From: Enoplolaimus lenunculus
Lineage: Eukaryota
Assembly (NCBI GenBank): GCA_030248215.1
Contig: JASANG010002537.1
Location: 248,001-312,000, forward strand
DNA length: 64,000 nucleotides
Direction: 5' to 3'
The notes under the pieces were generated by a model. The model had not been told where the DNA came from, did not search any database, and saw only the letters and a program-made list of their open reading frames with translations. How positions within the stretch are numbered: position 1 is the first letter of the stretch; each line of letters opens with the position of its first letter. The translations under genes were made by a program, and so were the position numbers. This document shows positions 39,015-53,255 of the stretch, in pieces.

Positions 39015-39704
39015 GATATCATAATTTCCTCTGGTAGTATATGTGCACGAGTATGTATGTGTTTTAACATTACACACTCTGCACATACACAAGCTACACC
39101 ACGTATACCCACAATACGGTGAACGGTCAAGGGACGACCTTGTTTTAAATTAGGGCATGTAAACATGTGAGACATGCTTATCATGGTGCATATGTAATAT
39201 ATACAAACGCACATTGTATAGTAAGCTTGCCGGCAGCATACGGTCGACATATAGTCGACGATAGAAGCAGTTGCACAGGCGGGCTGCAGGGCGCAGTGGT
39301 AACAGCGTTTGCCTAACAAGCAGAAGGTCGCTAGGTTGAAACCACCCGTAACCAGCTTTTTCAGCTGCTTAGTAGAAAGGTCTGAAGTCCCATTTCCTAC
39401 CAGACTGACACGGCCAATGCCCTGCAACGAGATGGGAGTGCGATAAAATTGCGTGGATAACGTTGCCAGATATTAACTGAAGCAGGTATTCGGTAGCTTC
39501 ATAGTTACGTAATATATCTATACATTCACTCACTATGTTCCTATAACTATTCATGCGTATACGGTTTGTAACTGTTTATCTGTAGTGTCAATATTATTTT
39601 AGGTATTTAGAAACGTATATAACTTTAACAATGCGAATATAAAATATATTATGACCATGGTTTTAATAGCTTATTACAATGCAATATTAATGGCTGGATA
39701 AAGT

Positions 39705-42700
39705 ATGAAAAAGCTGAATGAGTCTTCTGACGCCGAGAATGCGACCTATGTATCGAATCTTGAATCAAATAGTGCAATTCGTACCAATAATAATTTTGAC
39801 AGCTATTTGGATGTAACGAAGGTGAAAAAATACGAAAATTCTGGCGGTACATCATCAAAAGCTAAAAAATCTGAGCAGACAAATAGGTCAGATACCCTGG
39901 AAACTAGTTTAGCTTGGTTATTTGATGAAGCCAAGCAAGAAGCTTACTCTGGGTCTATTGAACATAGTGACATTTCACAAACCTTTGTTAAAGACGTGAA
40001 TTCTAAAAGAAGTCAAACGTGCAATCGTCGTTCGTTTGCTACACTGATTTACGCTTTGAAATTCTTAATGACTCAACGAAATGAGTATACCCTTGCCGCT
40101 GCTCTGCTTTCGTTGGTGTTTTCGACGTTGTTCCGAACATTTGGGTAAGTTCTGAACAGATGAATCTGGAAATATTGAAGCACGAAAACTGAATTTCGTG
40201 AACAGAAACAAGTGTATTCATTTTTCCAAAACCGATTCGGATTCGGAACCTTAAATTTCCGCCGAATGTGACCGAAACAGAACTTATTGGCAACGTTCGG
40301 TGTATTAAGGATTGGATGTTTATAAAAGATTCTTAATCTCAGCATAGGCTTCTGCATTACTTGAAGTCTAACCGTAAATTTTGTCGTGGAAAACGAAAAT
40401 TGCTAAGTTCCCCTTGTATTAACTAGCATCGATACGTTTTGTAAAATTAAATTAATGAGTGAAACAAAATGTTGCTAAAGTGACGCTTCCTTGATTCGCG
40501 ATATTTACGTTTTGGCCAAGCACGTTTTGCCAAGGACATATGTGATATTTAATACATTATCTTGTGGTTTTCTGGATTTTAAAAGTACGTACGTAATGAT
40601 CAAGGTGTCACCGGATGTTAATTTACCGCATAGTGGAACCGGATATTAACTGAATATAGCATGTAAACTATGAGCACTGTTAAAAGTAAGCATCGAGTCA
40701 CGGTAAAGTATTAATTGTTAGCTTTACTTTTAATTTAAATTTTGTGTTGTGAGTGCAAAACTTAACTACTTCACTTGCCCAGAATGGTAATTGTGAAAAG
40801 CAGTTTTTGAAAATTTTGTAATGTTATAGGGCCTTACATCATGGAAATTTAATGACACGCAAAGCGCCAAGTCCGCGTCGCTTCTTTTCAAGACATGCAA
40901 ACATTGAAGATCATTTTACGGGCGACGACGCCGATGTTTTCTCGTTACTGGCCGGGTCAGAGGTAAATGTAATTACGTATGTAAAATTTTGTATTGAATC
41001 ATTCAAGCTATGGTAACTTTACGATACAACATGGGAAGTGTGAAAAGTATTGAGTACGTATGTATATATAGTGCGTAACAGGGATCGGCCGAATATTAAT
41101 TTTACCGGTTAGCAGAGCCGGATAGTAAACTTATTATCGAAACCAGAACCGAATGTTAACCGGATGTTGAATATATTGGCGCATTGTTGGTAGTGTTTGG
41201 GTCGTACAAATATATATATTTACTGATTTAAAATTAATTGTTGGCTTGTATTTTAGGCTTAACGCCAGTGCCACTTCTTTACATGCTCAAAACGCAGTTG
41301 CAGCAAAATATCTAGTATTTCTTCATGCAAAAATCCGTTTTATTATATTCGGGACCACAACCACAAATATCCGGTATCCCGTGGTTTATTAAGTTCATTC
41401 CGCAATTTTTTTGCCGGATATTAAACCTGAACCAAATAACGGTCGAACCCTGGTGCGTATAAATTGAAACTTTGATGAAAACCGCCAGTATATACACACT
41501 TTCCTGATTGTAATAAGTTGGATTAGGACTGTGCGGGCTGGACAAAACCGTTAAGAAATTTTGCGAAAGTTGGAGTCACGCCGGGAATAGAGGTTCAGAC
41601 TCTTTGGTGCACAGTGTTTAATTTTTGATTCGTAATTTTAGGTCAATTTTGTGATGTATTACGCTCCGTGGTCCACCGAGAGCATGGCCGCAAGATTACA
41701 GTTTGAAAGACTTGCCCGGTACGCAAATAAAAATGTACGTGAACCAACGCTTAGAACACAAATTTATATTTTATTATATTCCATCAGTTTCATCAATTAA
41801 ACATATGACTTCTGTGTATTTCTTTGCAAAAATCTACTGTACATTACTACATAATATGTTATGCTGTAATAAATTGAAGTGTAATAAAATTTCAATTAAA
41901 GCGGTTATAACCGGCCGCATTATCCTTAGCAGAGCCATACTATAAAATAGAGGTCATCCTCAATTCTATGAGATAATTTATGTTTCAAACAAAAACATTA
42001 CCTTCTACACGGATGTTCCAATACCAACTTTTCGCCGATGTCGATATAGATACTGATTTTTATTGTAAAATTTGTCGATTTTCACTCAAATTAGTCTTCG
42101 GACGTTGAACGTGTGGTTGGTATTTTCAATAATGTATGTGTAACGTTTGAACTAAAATTTCTTGTATTAATTAAATTTAATTTACCCGCCACTGTGCAAA
42201 ATTTCAGATTCATAATCTATTGTCATTCGCTTGTTTGAAAACCTATTAATAACTTCTGATAGGTGTTGATCACATATTTGTAATACAGCAATTGATTTCT
42301 GCTGTTTTAGATTAGATTCCACGGTGTAAATTGTTGGCATCCAAGAGGTCTTTGTAGACGCAGTTATCGGATGTATACATATCCTGTGTTAGCGTTGTAT
42401 TTGGGGAGTCCCAACGACGTTTATTATACGGGTCTTATTAAAGCGGATTATATGTTCAGGTGAGCCAATGCTAACTTCAGTTTCATTTGTCGTGTGCCAA
42501 ATTTTGTCTGATAAGCCAATCGGTGATGGTTTGTATTGAGCTAGTTAGACGAAATAATGTTATTTTGTTTTATTTTATCAGTGAATTAAGTACTTCTGTT
42601 TTTGAAGGAAGAAACAGTATATATCACTAAATGGACATGTTCTGAAGTAAGCTTATATGTGCCAGCCGATTTTACTCGTTGTGAAGATTGTTTGTTCTTT

Positions 42701-45700
42701 GTTTTAAATTCGAATTCCGGTGCAAATTTCCCAAGCCATTTTAAGCTTAATTAGGATTTTTATCTTGTCATATACACTTTTACCTAAATGCTGTATTTCT
42801 TTGCATATAATTTAGATTCTTGGAAGAAGCAATGAATACACTCACAGTTTTGTATAAAGAATCTGATGTCGAAGAATTCGTAGTTAAGAAAGATGTAAGT
42901 GAATTATGATCTTGTGAGTTAAATAGTAATAACCGTGTCTAACATATATGAGAATATGAGAAACATCCGTTTGCCTGTGCTTTGAAAAGATTTGTTTAAT
43001 TTCTTATGGTCAAAGAATTAGTTGCTATCAAAGGGCAAAAACAAAACCTTCATTTAAGCGCTTTCATTTTTTAGAATAGTTTAATCGGATATTACGATTT
43101 CTATCCGAGGAAGAACGGCATATCAGAAGATCCGTTTGGTTATCGTAGCTTTCACATGGCTAGTTTGAAAATGCTTGAAAAAGGCAAGTATGGTTTGTAA
43201 TGGTTTAATGTTTTAGGCTTTCGTCGACTGTAATTTTGCCATGATTCGAGTGTATCGGGCTCAATTTTAAACTACATTAAACAGTTATATTGCGTTTTAT
43301 CTGTGATTACGTTTGTTCAAAATTTACTCCAGAGTTAGTAGTTGTAAGTTTGCGAAGGTTTACTTGCATGAACCCAGAGACCTTTATATGCGCAAATTTG
43401 GCACTAATTCTCGCCGAACACAAGCAAGTGCGAGCCGCCTCAGTTAATAATTTCAGTGTGTTAGCGTTTGCTGTTGACTTCAATGTTGTTCTTTGTATAA
43501 GCATTATAAACGTACTATTATATTTGTGTAAAACTTGATATAATTATTTACTACATGTTCTGATTATTGTCCGTTCCTAACACCGTAGTTTTAGATCCTC
43601 TTCGTGAACGATGCCAGTTTGGTTTAATATTTAATCGTGATTTGGCGGAGAAGTACAATTTAACACTTAGCGGGCAATCTAAATTGTTCTCCTTGAAGGA
43701 ACCTCATATCATTAAAGTACGTTGTGGCAAAAAAACTGGTGAACGTTTGGGCATTATAGAGATGAAATTGTTAAAAACTACTATTTCTTTTTAGTCTTGA
43801 TACAGAAAAACATACGCCGTTTTAATCGAATTAAGTTTTGAAATACTTAGTAGAAATCTTATCTGTATCAATTTCCTTTTTTAATTTTTATATACCAACA
43901 ACATAAGCCGTAGTTTTAATCGAATTAAGTTTGGAAATATTTTGTTAAATATTAACGTTTTCAGTTTCCTTTTTTTAGCCTTAGTGTACGTCAACATAAG
44001 TCGTCGCTTTAGTCGAATAAAGTTTGGAAATTGTTTTCTGTTCTAATGTTGCAATGCTTCGCCAGCACTTTGTTACTTTACGCAACACAACTTAAATGTG
44101 TTGTAAAAGTTTTTAGTTTTTTTCTGATGTCAATAATATCAAGGATCACTAAGCAGGATACTTTGCTACAACCCACAAACCCCCCTCTAACTCTATTACA
44201 TCGATGAACTGGTCGTGTTGTGGGTTTTGGCGGCAGCCCCCATTCTGCTTAGGGTCTCTTGAAACTCGGGGAGTTTTTATGGGGACGTAAGTAAATGCCG
44301 CATAATTTGTAATATAATGGATATGCATGAAGTACTAGTGTCGCCAGCGCTTGACTATCAGATGTGCTTATGGAAAAATTTTTATATTTCCGATGTATCA
44401 ACCGTGGATCAAAGGTTGGAAAGCAAGATCAATTGTAACTTGGCTTGAGAAGCAGCTTAGCGATGTAAGCAAGATGGATATTTTCAAACGCGTAAACCAT
44501 CATAGCCGATTTTTAATACTGCTTTGTTCAAGGTAACGCCTGGTTTGCCAGATTGCTACTGACGTTTCGCTGTTCTGGGTGGGGGGTGGTGGCCTTCTTC
44601 ATGCCCAAATCTTCGAGTCAAAAAATCCCCCTGCCTTGATATTGTACTTATAAAATCGGGAAGTTTAAGCATTTAAATAGAAAATTTAAGCAAAAATCTG
44701 ATAAAAGATTTTGCGAAAAATTCCAAATTTTTAGCCCTATGACGTTTGACCAATTGACTTTTCCATACGAATTTACGAGTTCTGTTTTAGGTAATCAAGT
44801 GGGTTTCGCCTACCGGTAGCAAAAGTGAAATTATTGCAAGTGCAATAGATTCGGGACCAACATTGATACTGTTCACGCCAAGGCACCCTGTCTTGCCTGA
44901 AACTAGCCTTTTTGCCGAGGTATGTACGTAATTGTGTTTTTGAAATTTTTCGTAGAACCTAAAATCGACATTTATGGTATGGTAGTACCGCAATTTGTGT
45001 GCTAAAATGTCATATTATACACGTTGTAATGAAATGTTTGTTGTAATTTTATGAACATTTCAATTCCTTACTGCGATAGTATGCTAATACTATGAGCTTG
45101 GCTTTAGGACAGTTTACGCTTTGGGAAGCTGCGTATGCTTAAACCCAAACTTTTTTAAGCTTTTGTCTAAGGCTAATCTTGAAATGTCGTGAAAGTGTGC
45201 ACCAGTTCATTTTTAAGACGAAGTTTTAAATATGGACAGAGTGTAGTGTACAAGAGCTCTTTTTTGAGGCAAAGATTTAAATGTAGTGGACGTGTACACG
45301 AGCGCATTTTTCTGCATAATTGGTAGGTCCGCGAAAAACTTCTATCATACTACAACTGTAATGGTTCAAAACTTGCTAAACACGCTATTGACGAAAGTCG
45401 CCGCCGGCGCTACTCAACCTCGGTAGCACTTTACGAATGGATTGCTTCGTGTCGGTTGAATATATCGCGTGCCGCTGCAACACTTCAAGTTGATTCTTGT
45501 TGTCAAAATATTGTCATTCCTGAGACGCCGCCGCATACACCAGTGCGTAACATTTGTGACATATCGATTGCTAAAAATAATTTACCTCATCATCAACAAA
45601 GCAGAGCCAATTTTTTGACTGAATTAGATCGTATGCATGCTGGCGCTGTAGAGCGTTCAGATAGTCAACAAAGGATACTTGGCTACTTTGGCGGGATTTT

Positions 45701-48700
45701 AGGAGATAGTGGTGGTAGTTTGCTGGTAGTGCCGCCGCCGTTTGCGCCAACTTTAGAGCACACTCGAAACGTTTTAAGCGAGCCTGGTTGTCGACCTCTT
45801 GCGTCAAATATACCTTTTCGACATTTAGTGGATTTTTGTTGTGATGCAACTGCAGTTAACGCGCATTTATGTGATGGCGCTTCCAGTGAGTATTCGTACG
45901 CCAGACCGAGTGTCCGCACTGTACACGGTGTTAAACAAGTGACTGCGATTAATTCTGAACAGATTGAAATATGCCTAAAAGCGTGCCGTGATTTTAAAAT
46001 ACTGGGCGAAACGGATCATTGTGCTCATTTGATTCTAGAATCTGTGGTTTCGGACGGACTAGCACGTAATTTTCGAGGAGGTACTGGGAAAAGTAGCGCA
46101 GAGTCAAACTGGTTCAGCAGAGATGGGTGGCCTGGTCAAAGCAGTGTGGAACAGCATCATTTCTCGCCTCTAATATGCCAGTCTGTATGTGATAAGCTAG
46201 CTCTAGCGCAACTGTATCAGTATAATTTGAGCGCTCGTGCTAATAACCGCACTCTTATAGAGTTGCTCCAACGATATCCTAATATTAGCACAGTGTTTGT
46301 CAATGAAGAACTTGAAGGCCGGCGTCAAGTAAAACGGTTACGTGGTACGGCGTGCATTTCTAATCGAACCCAGTTACGAGCGTTGGCGCTTGACTCGCAC
46401 CATCATCAAAGTTTTCTGGTTCAGCTGGGCTTGGTTGATCCGATCAAACAACAGGGAGGCACTCAACAGCCGTATTCTGGAGCGATTATTGTGGATAAAG
46501 CGGTACGCGGATTGTGTTTTAGTGTTTTAGCTGTTGTAGTAGTCGTTGACAAGAAATAGTCTGGGAGCTTCAGGTGTCAAACTTCTCTTTTTTGGTTTTG
46601 GCACAGAGGATTTAGACACGGTTTTAATTCGCAACGAAAGAAACCACCTCTTCGACATTTTTATAGAATGTAACCTGGATGCAAAGCGGAACTCGATTAT
46701 ATCGGATTTGGAATTGCAAGCAAATTCATATCAAAATCGGGACTTCCAATTTTGTGACTATGCGGATAATTTGTATTAACGAAATGTTGATTTAGGGTGT
46801 CTGTCGGCTTTCAACAATTTTTAAAAACGTTGCATAAACAGGCGATAATTTTTTGGTTCTATAAAGCCAAAATATAATTTATTATTGTTATTTTCAAAAT
46901 AAAGCGGTAATTAAAATCAATTTAATAGATAAATCATACAGAATTTTTATGTAATATATCGCAGGTAGGATTAAAATTAAAATTTTAAAACTGTGATTCC
47001 GATTGCTTACGCAATCCGAATCGGAAGTAGTTTTCAATCGGAATCTGAATTCCTGTTGCACCCTGCACACAACCGCGTTCCAAAATCCTGGGTTCCACCA
47101 TAGTTACAGATCAAATCAGATTGAAAAATAAGTGCTGATTTTAATTACGTTGTGCTCACTTACTTCCTGGTTCGTCTTAGAGTATATTATTTCGTGAAAT
47201 AGGAGCTTAATTTAATTAAGCTATGCCAAGGCAGGCTAGCGAGACGATTGCACTTTCTTTAATTTTTGTATTTACACCTATGAATGTCATTCAAAAGTCT
47301 TATTATACTTGATGATCGCTATTATTTCATTTGGTTTCATTGAGTTTGAACTTGACAGGAAATAGTTCAATTTTATCAGTGACCTCAGGCGGCGACTTCT
47401 TAAGTATTGACTTATTTTTGTTGCTCTACATTTTGCAAATCATATTGGAAACGTAGTGCAGTTCTTAAAATCAAGAAGCTTGTGATGCACGTTAAAGTCT
47501 CTCGCACAGATAACATTGTCCAAACTTTTTTCTAACTGCTTTTGCATTCAGTTTGTATTTGTATGGTTTCCCAAATGTTTTGATTTTATTTTAGAGAGAA
47601 GTCATTTATAAACTTGAAGGAGCTGTGGATGGAAATAGCATTGGTATGTTAGTGCTTAAACGATTTCAAGGGCGGCGCATGGCTTGGCTGTCCAACTTTA
47701 CAAATATGATTCGTTTGATTTATCGTCAACAGCATTACACAAATGTGTAATTTTTCAACTCTCTTTTAAACAGTGGTATAAATACAATACATAGAAACGT
47801 AATCATATATTATTCACCCAGCTGCATATCATGTGTGATTGTCTGTCTGATCTCTCAAAATGATACTTTAGTACTTAAGTTAATTATGATTTATTCTTTT
47901 ACCTTTGGTCATTCGAAGATAGCACGGCTGGCTGTTATTATTATTATTAGATTGACTGAGATTCTCTTAATGCAAATACGAGATAATTATTGTTCTCTTA
48001 GACCACATACTGTATCATTTATAAAAATACGGTTTGTAAACACAATTTTCAAGTTGCAAGTTTTAAGTGTTAGTTTTTACAAAAGTTCGGATTCGGATTT
48101 GGATTCGGTTGTGAAAAAGCCGAATCTGAAAGCTAAATCCAACAGTGTTCAGCAATATGTTTTTCAGTTTTAAACAAAAATTTTAAATATCTTGTTATAT
48201 TAATAAAAAATTTAGTTTCAGGTCACAAATCTCAAAACTGAGGTCGGGCACGAAATATATTAACGTTTAAAAGTTATGTCGCAGGCATTTCGTTGATATT
48301 CTGAAATAAATTACGGATATAACTGAAATTTGCAACATGCAAGATAAGGAATCGGATTCGGATTCGGCAAATTAGCAATGGATTCGGATTCGATGAAATC
48401 GTAGATTCGGTGCCACCCTGTCTTCCGCCGTAATTTGTTACTGATATTGCTACTGTTGTGTGCATTGTCAGTAAAGGGTTACCAAGTTATTGTAGTTCTG
48501 TACCAGCAATGAAATATGTCGTGGTTAATTTTTTGTTTTGTTTGTTTCAGCTTCTTTTTTGCGCAACTTTACGATCGGACGTCTAAAGCGCAGATTTTTG
48601 CGCTCTGAAACACGAAATGACGCATATTATAATCCGTACGCTAGTGAAGCGTGTTACCAACATCCTGATGATTTTATTTGTATAAAGAAAGTAACAACGA

Positions 48701-51377
48701 AAACAATGCAGCATGTTGTCATGGATAAATCGAAAGTAAGTAGGTTTATTGCTAAGCTTTGATAGCGTCTGATCTTTTGAGATTTAAAAATACGATCACG
48801 CGGCTTTTGACCAATTTAACTTCTAAGTCTGGTCCAACGGTGGACATTGTGAGAGCGTGCCTCTTTCAAATTCTGGTCATTTCCTCAAGTACAGTTAACA
48901 ATGTAGTATATGAAGCACAAGTACAGATAACAATGTAGCATATGAAGCACTGCGGCTAATTTGCATATTATTATAATATTTTCGTGGCCAATAGAATTTC
49001 TTGGTGCTCTTCTGGTTTAACTTTTATGTGGGCTAAGTAAACTGTTTTAAATCAAACATCTTTTGAAAAGAAATGTCGCGAAAAAGTTTGTTACTTCATG
49101 TTGAACGCATCATGCTTTACTAATAAATTTGTTTGTTGGCCGTTTTTACATTAGAGCATTGTTTAAATAAAGTTTTGGTGCCGAATGATTGTAACAGAGT
49201 ATGATTTGTATAACTGGGTTGATATAATATCAAACGCGTGAGGAACCAGTTAGTGATATACCACAAAACCTAAGTCTGTTAATCCTTTGTATATTATTTG
49301 CAGGATGTTGTGCTTTTGTACTACACGCCATACTGTGGATTTAGCAAAGCAGCGTATAATACATTTGTATCTGTGGCTTCGTACTTTAGTGACGTTTCAG
49401 ACCTAGTATTTGCTCAGTAAGTTAGTGCTGAAATACATACTTTGTTGCTTTTTGTATATGAATTTCACACTTCTATCTTATTGTGCTACGCATAACAGAA
49501 ATATTTGCCTGGGCTATTAAAAGTGTTCGTTTTTCATCGTAGACTGAGTATTTGTCGCAATACAAAATGGTTTTGGATTAGAATTTTTGATAAAACAGTC
49601 GAGTTATAAATTACACTAACTTGTACCAATCTATTCATTATGCAACAATAAATTTCAATGCTTAAACCAAGAAGTGTTTGAAATTCAACATTATTATATT
49701 CTTACCGAAAAGTACAAAATTATTGTTTAGTCTTAGAATAAGATATGGCTTTTAAATTTTAGCATTGATGCTGCAACGAATGATCTCCCTTGGGAATTGG
49801 GTGTACAGCGAGTACCAGCTGTGATATTTTATCCTCGACTCAAGTGAGACTAATTTTGATTTTGGATACTTTAACAAAGTTTTTACGACGTCTAGCTTTT
49901 TTCAAAACTAGAACCTTTGACTTCTAAATAAGGTGGATCAGGATTTATTTCCAAATACTTTTAGTCCGTGGCAGACTTCTAGACACAATGCGCAAGTTAT
50001 GTGAAAACCCATTTTGCTATCTGGTAATCAAGCTGTATCTATTGATGAATAAGGTTCTAGCATAAGGTTTGCGCTCTACTTTTCATGTATTTTCCTAATC
50101 CAGACTAAAAACTATTTAACGTGCGTAGAATTGATTGTCACGCATGGTTTCAAAACAAATTCATCTAGTTGGCAAAGTGTTGGTGAAAAACGCTACGTAC
50201 CAATTTGTTGTGCTTTTTTACAGAAAAGAGGACAGTAGTGCCTTTCCTGTAGAATTGCCATTCAATATACCAAATTTGGTCGCGTTTATTCTGTCGAACA
50301 GCGGAGTACGTTCGCGCGCCAGATTCGCTTTTGCGATGTGCGGTTCGAATTGCCGCCAAAGAAATCGAGAAAAAATTATACAGAGGTAAGTCTTACGAAT
50401 ATTATTTTTTAAAAATATGTTTACAAAATTAAGTGGGATTTTTTCTTAAAACGTTTGGGTCGTGTTTTTATGCCGACCCGCTTTCTGGAGGGTTTGTATA
50501 ATAGGAGGGTTACATTTTGGACTTTATTTTTTGTAGGCTCTTGAGCTTAGGGTCACACTTTTCAACACTTAGGCTTATGCTTAGAAATAGGATTAGTGTA
50601 CATTTACTGCCCCTAGCATTAGCATTGACCAAAATTTTAATGAAAAGTTGTGAACATACGACGTGCTATAATTGAGTAAAATAACAATAAAGCTATCAGA
50701 TAGTTCAGTTTAAAAATATTGTTTAGATGGTGAAAAATATGTTTCAAGTGCAGGATACGTTTATTATTGCAAACACCGCAATTATTGAAATTTTAAAAAA
50801 TGGACGGTATTCAATATCTCCAACTTGTGGAGACCGATGACTTTGACATCTTTGGTACTCTATAGTTGCACAGTATTGTTACTTTAGTCATAAATGTTGC
50901 TTAAAGTGCAGAAACAACTGATGATCAGCATATTATATTGATTTTGCTGCGAAGATACGCCTAATACAGTTCAATGAGTAGTGTCGTTTTAGATTGCAAT
51001 ATCTTCGAGAATACATTAGAATAACTAAACGACGGATTGCTTTCGCAGAAGTAGAACTTGCCACTGCTCAAGCGTCTGTACGTGAAAGCGCATCAGCTGA
51101 TAAAGAGATTAATGCCGAAAACTACGAAAATTTGTCAAAGAAATCAAAAATCGCAGATAGGCAACAATTAATTGTATACTTAAATTTGTATACGATTCGA
51201 AACCGTGAAATTGTCAAAAGCAGCGAAATGAAATGTCATGCTCTACGACTGTTGCTGATAATACTTGAGAAGCGGTCTAGAATAAAGGAATTGGTGAACA
51301 GTCATGGGGAAACTATTCGAGAAGATGTGGATGATAACGATATTAATCAACTCATACAGTATTATCTTCAGCAGTAG
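39705..51377 (+). CDS. TXNDC11: Thioredoxin domain-containing protein 11 (EFP1)-like ER protein; 16 exons, about 1170 aa
   Basis: Exons 39705-40144, 40830-40962, 41642-41734, 42311-42459, 42816-42894, 43075-43183, 43595-43716, about 44348-44464, 44791-44919, 45327-46502, 47595-47643, 48551-48735, 49304-49416, 49763-49843, 50224-50385, 50993-51377. N-terminal TM helix, FVMYYAPW, GVNCWHPRGLCR..YP, KWVSPTGSKS..GPTLILFTP, DVVLLYYTPYCGF, IDAATNDLPWE..PAVIFYP and a C-terminal coiled coil match the TXNDC11 architecture. The acceptor at 44348 is uncertain. Confidence 0.88.
43808..44030. repeat. Tandem repeat, about 3 x 92 bp
   Basis: AACATAAGCCGTAGTTTTAATCGAATTAAGTTTGGAAAT-like unit near 43808, 43899 and 43993. 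Confidence 0.75.
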
Positions 51378-52223
51378 GTCTAACTCAACAATATTGGGTT
51401 GTAATCATACAAGACTATGCAACCTCTACATAGCTAATTATACGTGACAGTAAATACAAGAACGTTTTGCGTTTTGGTTTTGGTCCAAGCTTTTTTGGGA
51501 GAAAGAAATAAAATACTAGAATGCAATGCATTTATTTTTGTTTACGTAAGCATAAACTATGTCGTGTTCCGTTGCATATTCTTGTCCGAGAGCATTGTGC
51601 GCTCTTACTACTGCTGAAACGTGATTGTTAATATCTGCAAGCAAGCTTATCTATGATGTGAATGTCAGGATCTGTTTTGTAGACTGGTTAAGTTTGACTT
51701 GTACATTTGAATACTGTTTGTAGATTGCGTTTTATACTTTGGCCAATGTAAAGAACAGTGGCCAATGTAAAGAGCAGGGGCGGAACAGTATTATTATCAT
51801 ATTCCTAAGCCTAAGCATAAGAACGAGCATACGCCTAAGCCAAGCAAAAATCAGTCTAAACATAAGCTACTTTATTCCGTCCCTGATCTTGACATGGGCC
51901 TATCTATACTTAGAAGCATTTTTGTTGTGCACGTAGCATGCACCTATCTTGTATAAATGAGTGAACTGGGACCTAGTTGGCTGGTTGAGTTTGTTGGGAC
52001 ATTTTGCTAGGTGTTTTACACCTAGTGAAAAGTCTCTTGCAGGTGCCTTATCCGAGGTTCAACTCGGACGGCTTTGCTGGCTGTAGGGTCGTTTCAAAAA
52101 AACACAGAGATGAAATCAGGGTGATCAAGTCAAATTTGCTGTTTGCATGTTTACAAAGTTGTGCAAATTATTTTTCTTTCAGTTGTTATGGGTTGAATTT
52201 GTAACCATCGATACAATGGTTTT

Positions 52224-52397
52224 GGCCAAAGTAAAGAACAAGGGCGGAACAGTATTATAATCATATTCCTAAGCATGAGCGTAACAATGTGCATATTCCT
52301 AAGCCTAAGCCTAAACCAAGCAAAAAAGTCTAAAGCTTAAGCTTACACTTTTCTAGTCCCACAGAACAGTGTTCCGCTCTTGATCTTTACATGGGCC
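52224..52397. mobile_element. GGCC-ended MITE with GCCTAA repeats and a perfect 8-bp TSD
   Basis: ATGGTTTT|GGCCAAAGTAAAGA...TCTTTACATGGGCC|ATGGTTTT with internal CCTAAGCCTAAGCCTAA. Sister copy at 51741-51900. Confidence 0.85.
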
Positions 52398-53255
52398 ATG
52401 GTTTTAGTTTTTAATATTCGAGCAGCAGGGTGTAACGGGATACCAGTTTTCGGTAAACAGTGTCCGCTTCCTTTTTTATAAATAATGGAAATTCTATTTT
52501 TATGCTCCAAATTCGTTAACAAATCACGTATATTGCTGCAATTTCTCATTACAAATTTGCTGCAATTGTTCGATGTGAAATAAAACGAACTTCATCCAAA
52601 ATCAATAAATTTCGGTACATCCGCTATTTTTTCTTTTTTAGAAAGCCCGGTGGATATTTGCAAGTTTGATTTTTGTTGGCAGAAAACACACCTTTGAGAC
52701 TTTGGCTTTTGTAAAGATCTGGGTCGGATCGGTTTTCTATGGGACTGTAGTAGAAGCTTGCTTTAGACTATTTTTTGCTTAAACTTGCAGGTGTAAGCTC
52801 AGCTCATTCTTACGTTTATCGCAAAATTAATAGTACATTTGGAGTACAAACCAGGAAAACACTGTTGAATATGTAAGCAGCATATGAAGGTTGCAACGTG
52901 TTTGCAACTAATTGCTAAATTCCGTTTCACTAGTAATAAAATAGACTTGAACGGACCACTTTAACTGGATAATTAATTGCATTGCATTGTTGGATTCGGC
53001 TTTTGAATTCGTTGCCCTTTGGCAGCATAGGCTATAGCTACGCGAGTGTCAGGCTAAACGCAATTTTGGTATCGAGTCGTGCCCAATGGAAACACTGGGG
53101 TATTCGTCCCACCCCGCCGAAGTTTGTTGGAGCACCCCTCTGGTAATCCCTGACCACCGGAGAATATACCGACACGCTTCCCTCCTCCCCGAAATCGTAG
53201 AATTCTCCAGAAATTTCCCGAACACCGTAAGTACCCGGAATTCTGCGGAATACCC

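Larger units (their letters stand above)
38260..39400. repeat. Composite duplicated region of form A-B-C-B'-A'
   Basis: A (about 38260-38420) resembles A' (about 39150-39400); B (38503-38758) resembles B' (38856-39113). Window bases 1-21 are the reverse complement of part of A', so A is a dispersed repeat. Confidence 0.8.

Noticed and set aside
38070..39427. ORFs of 60-147 aa on both strands
   Set aside because: They run through the duplicated tRNA-like repeats and show no domain or splice support.
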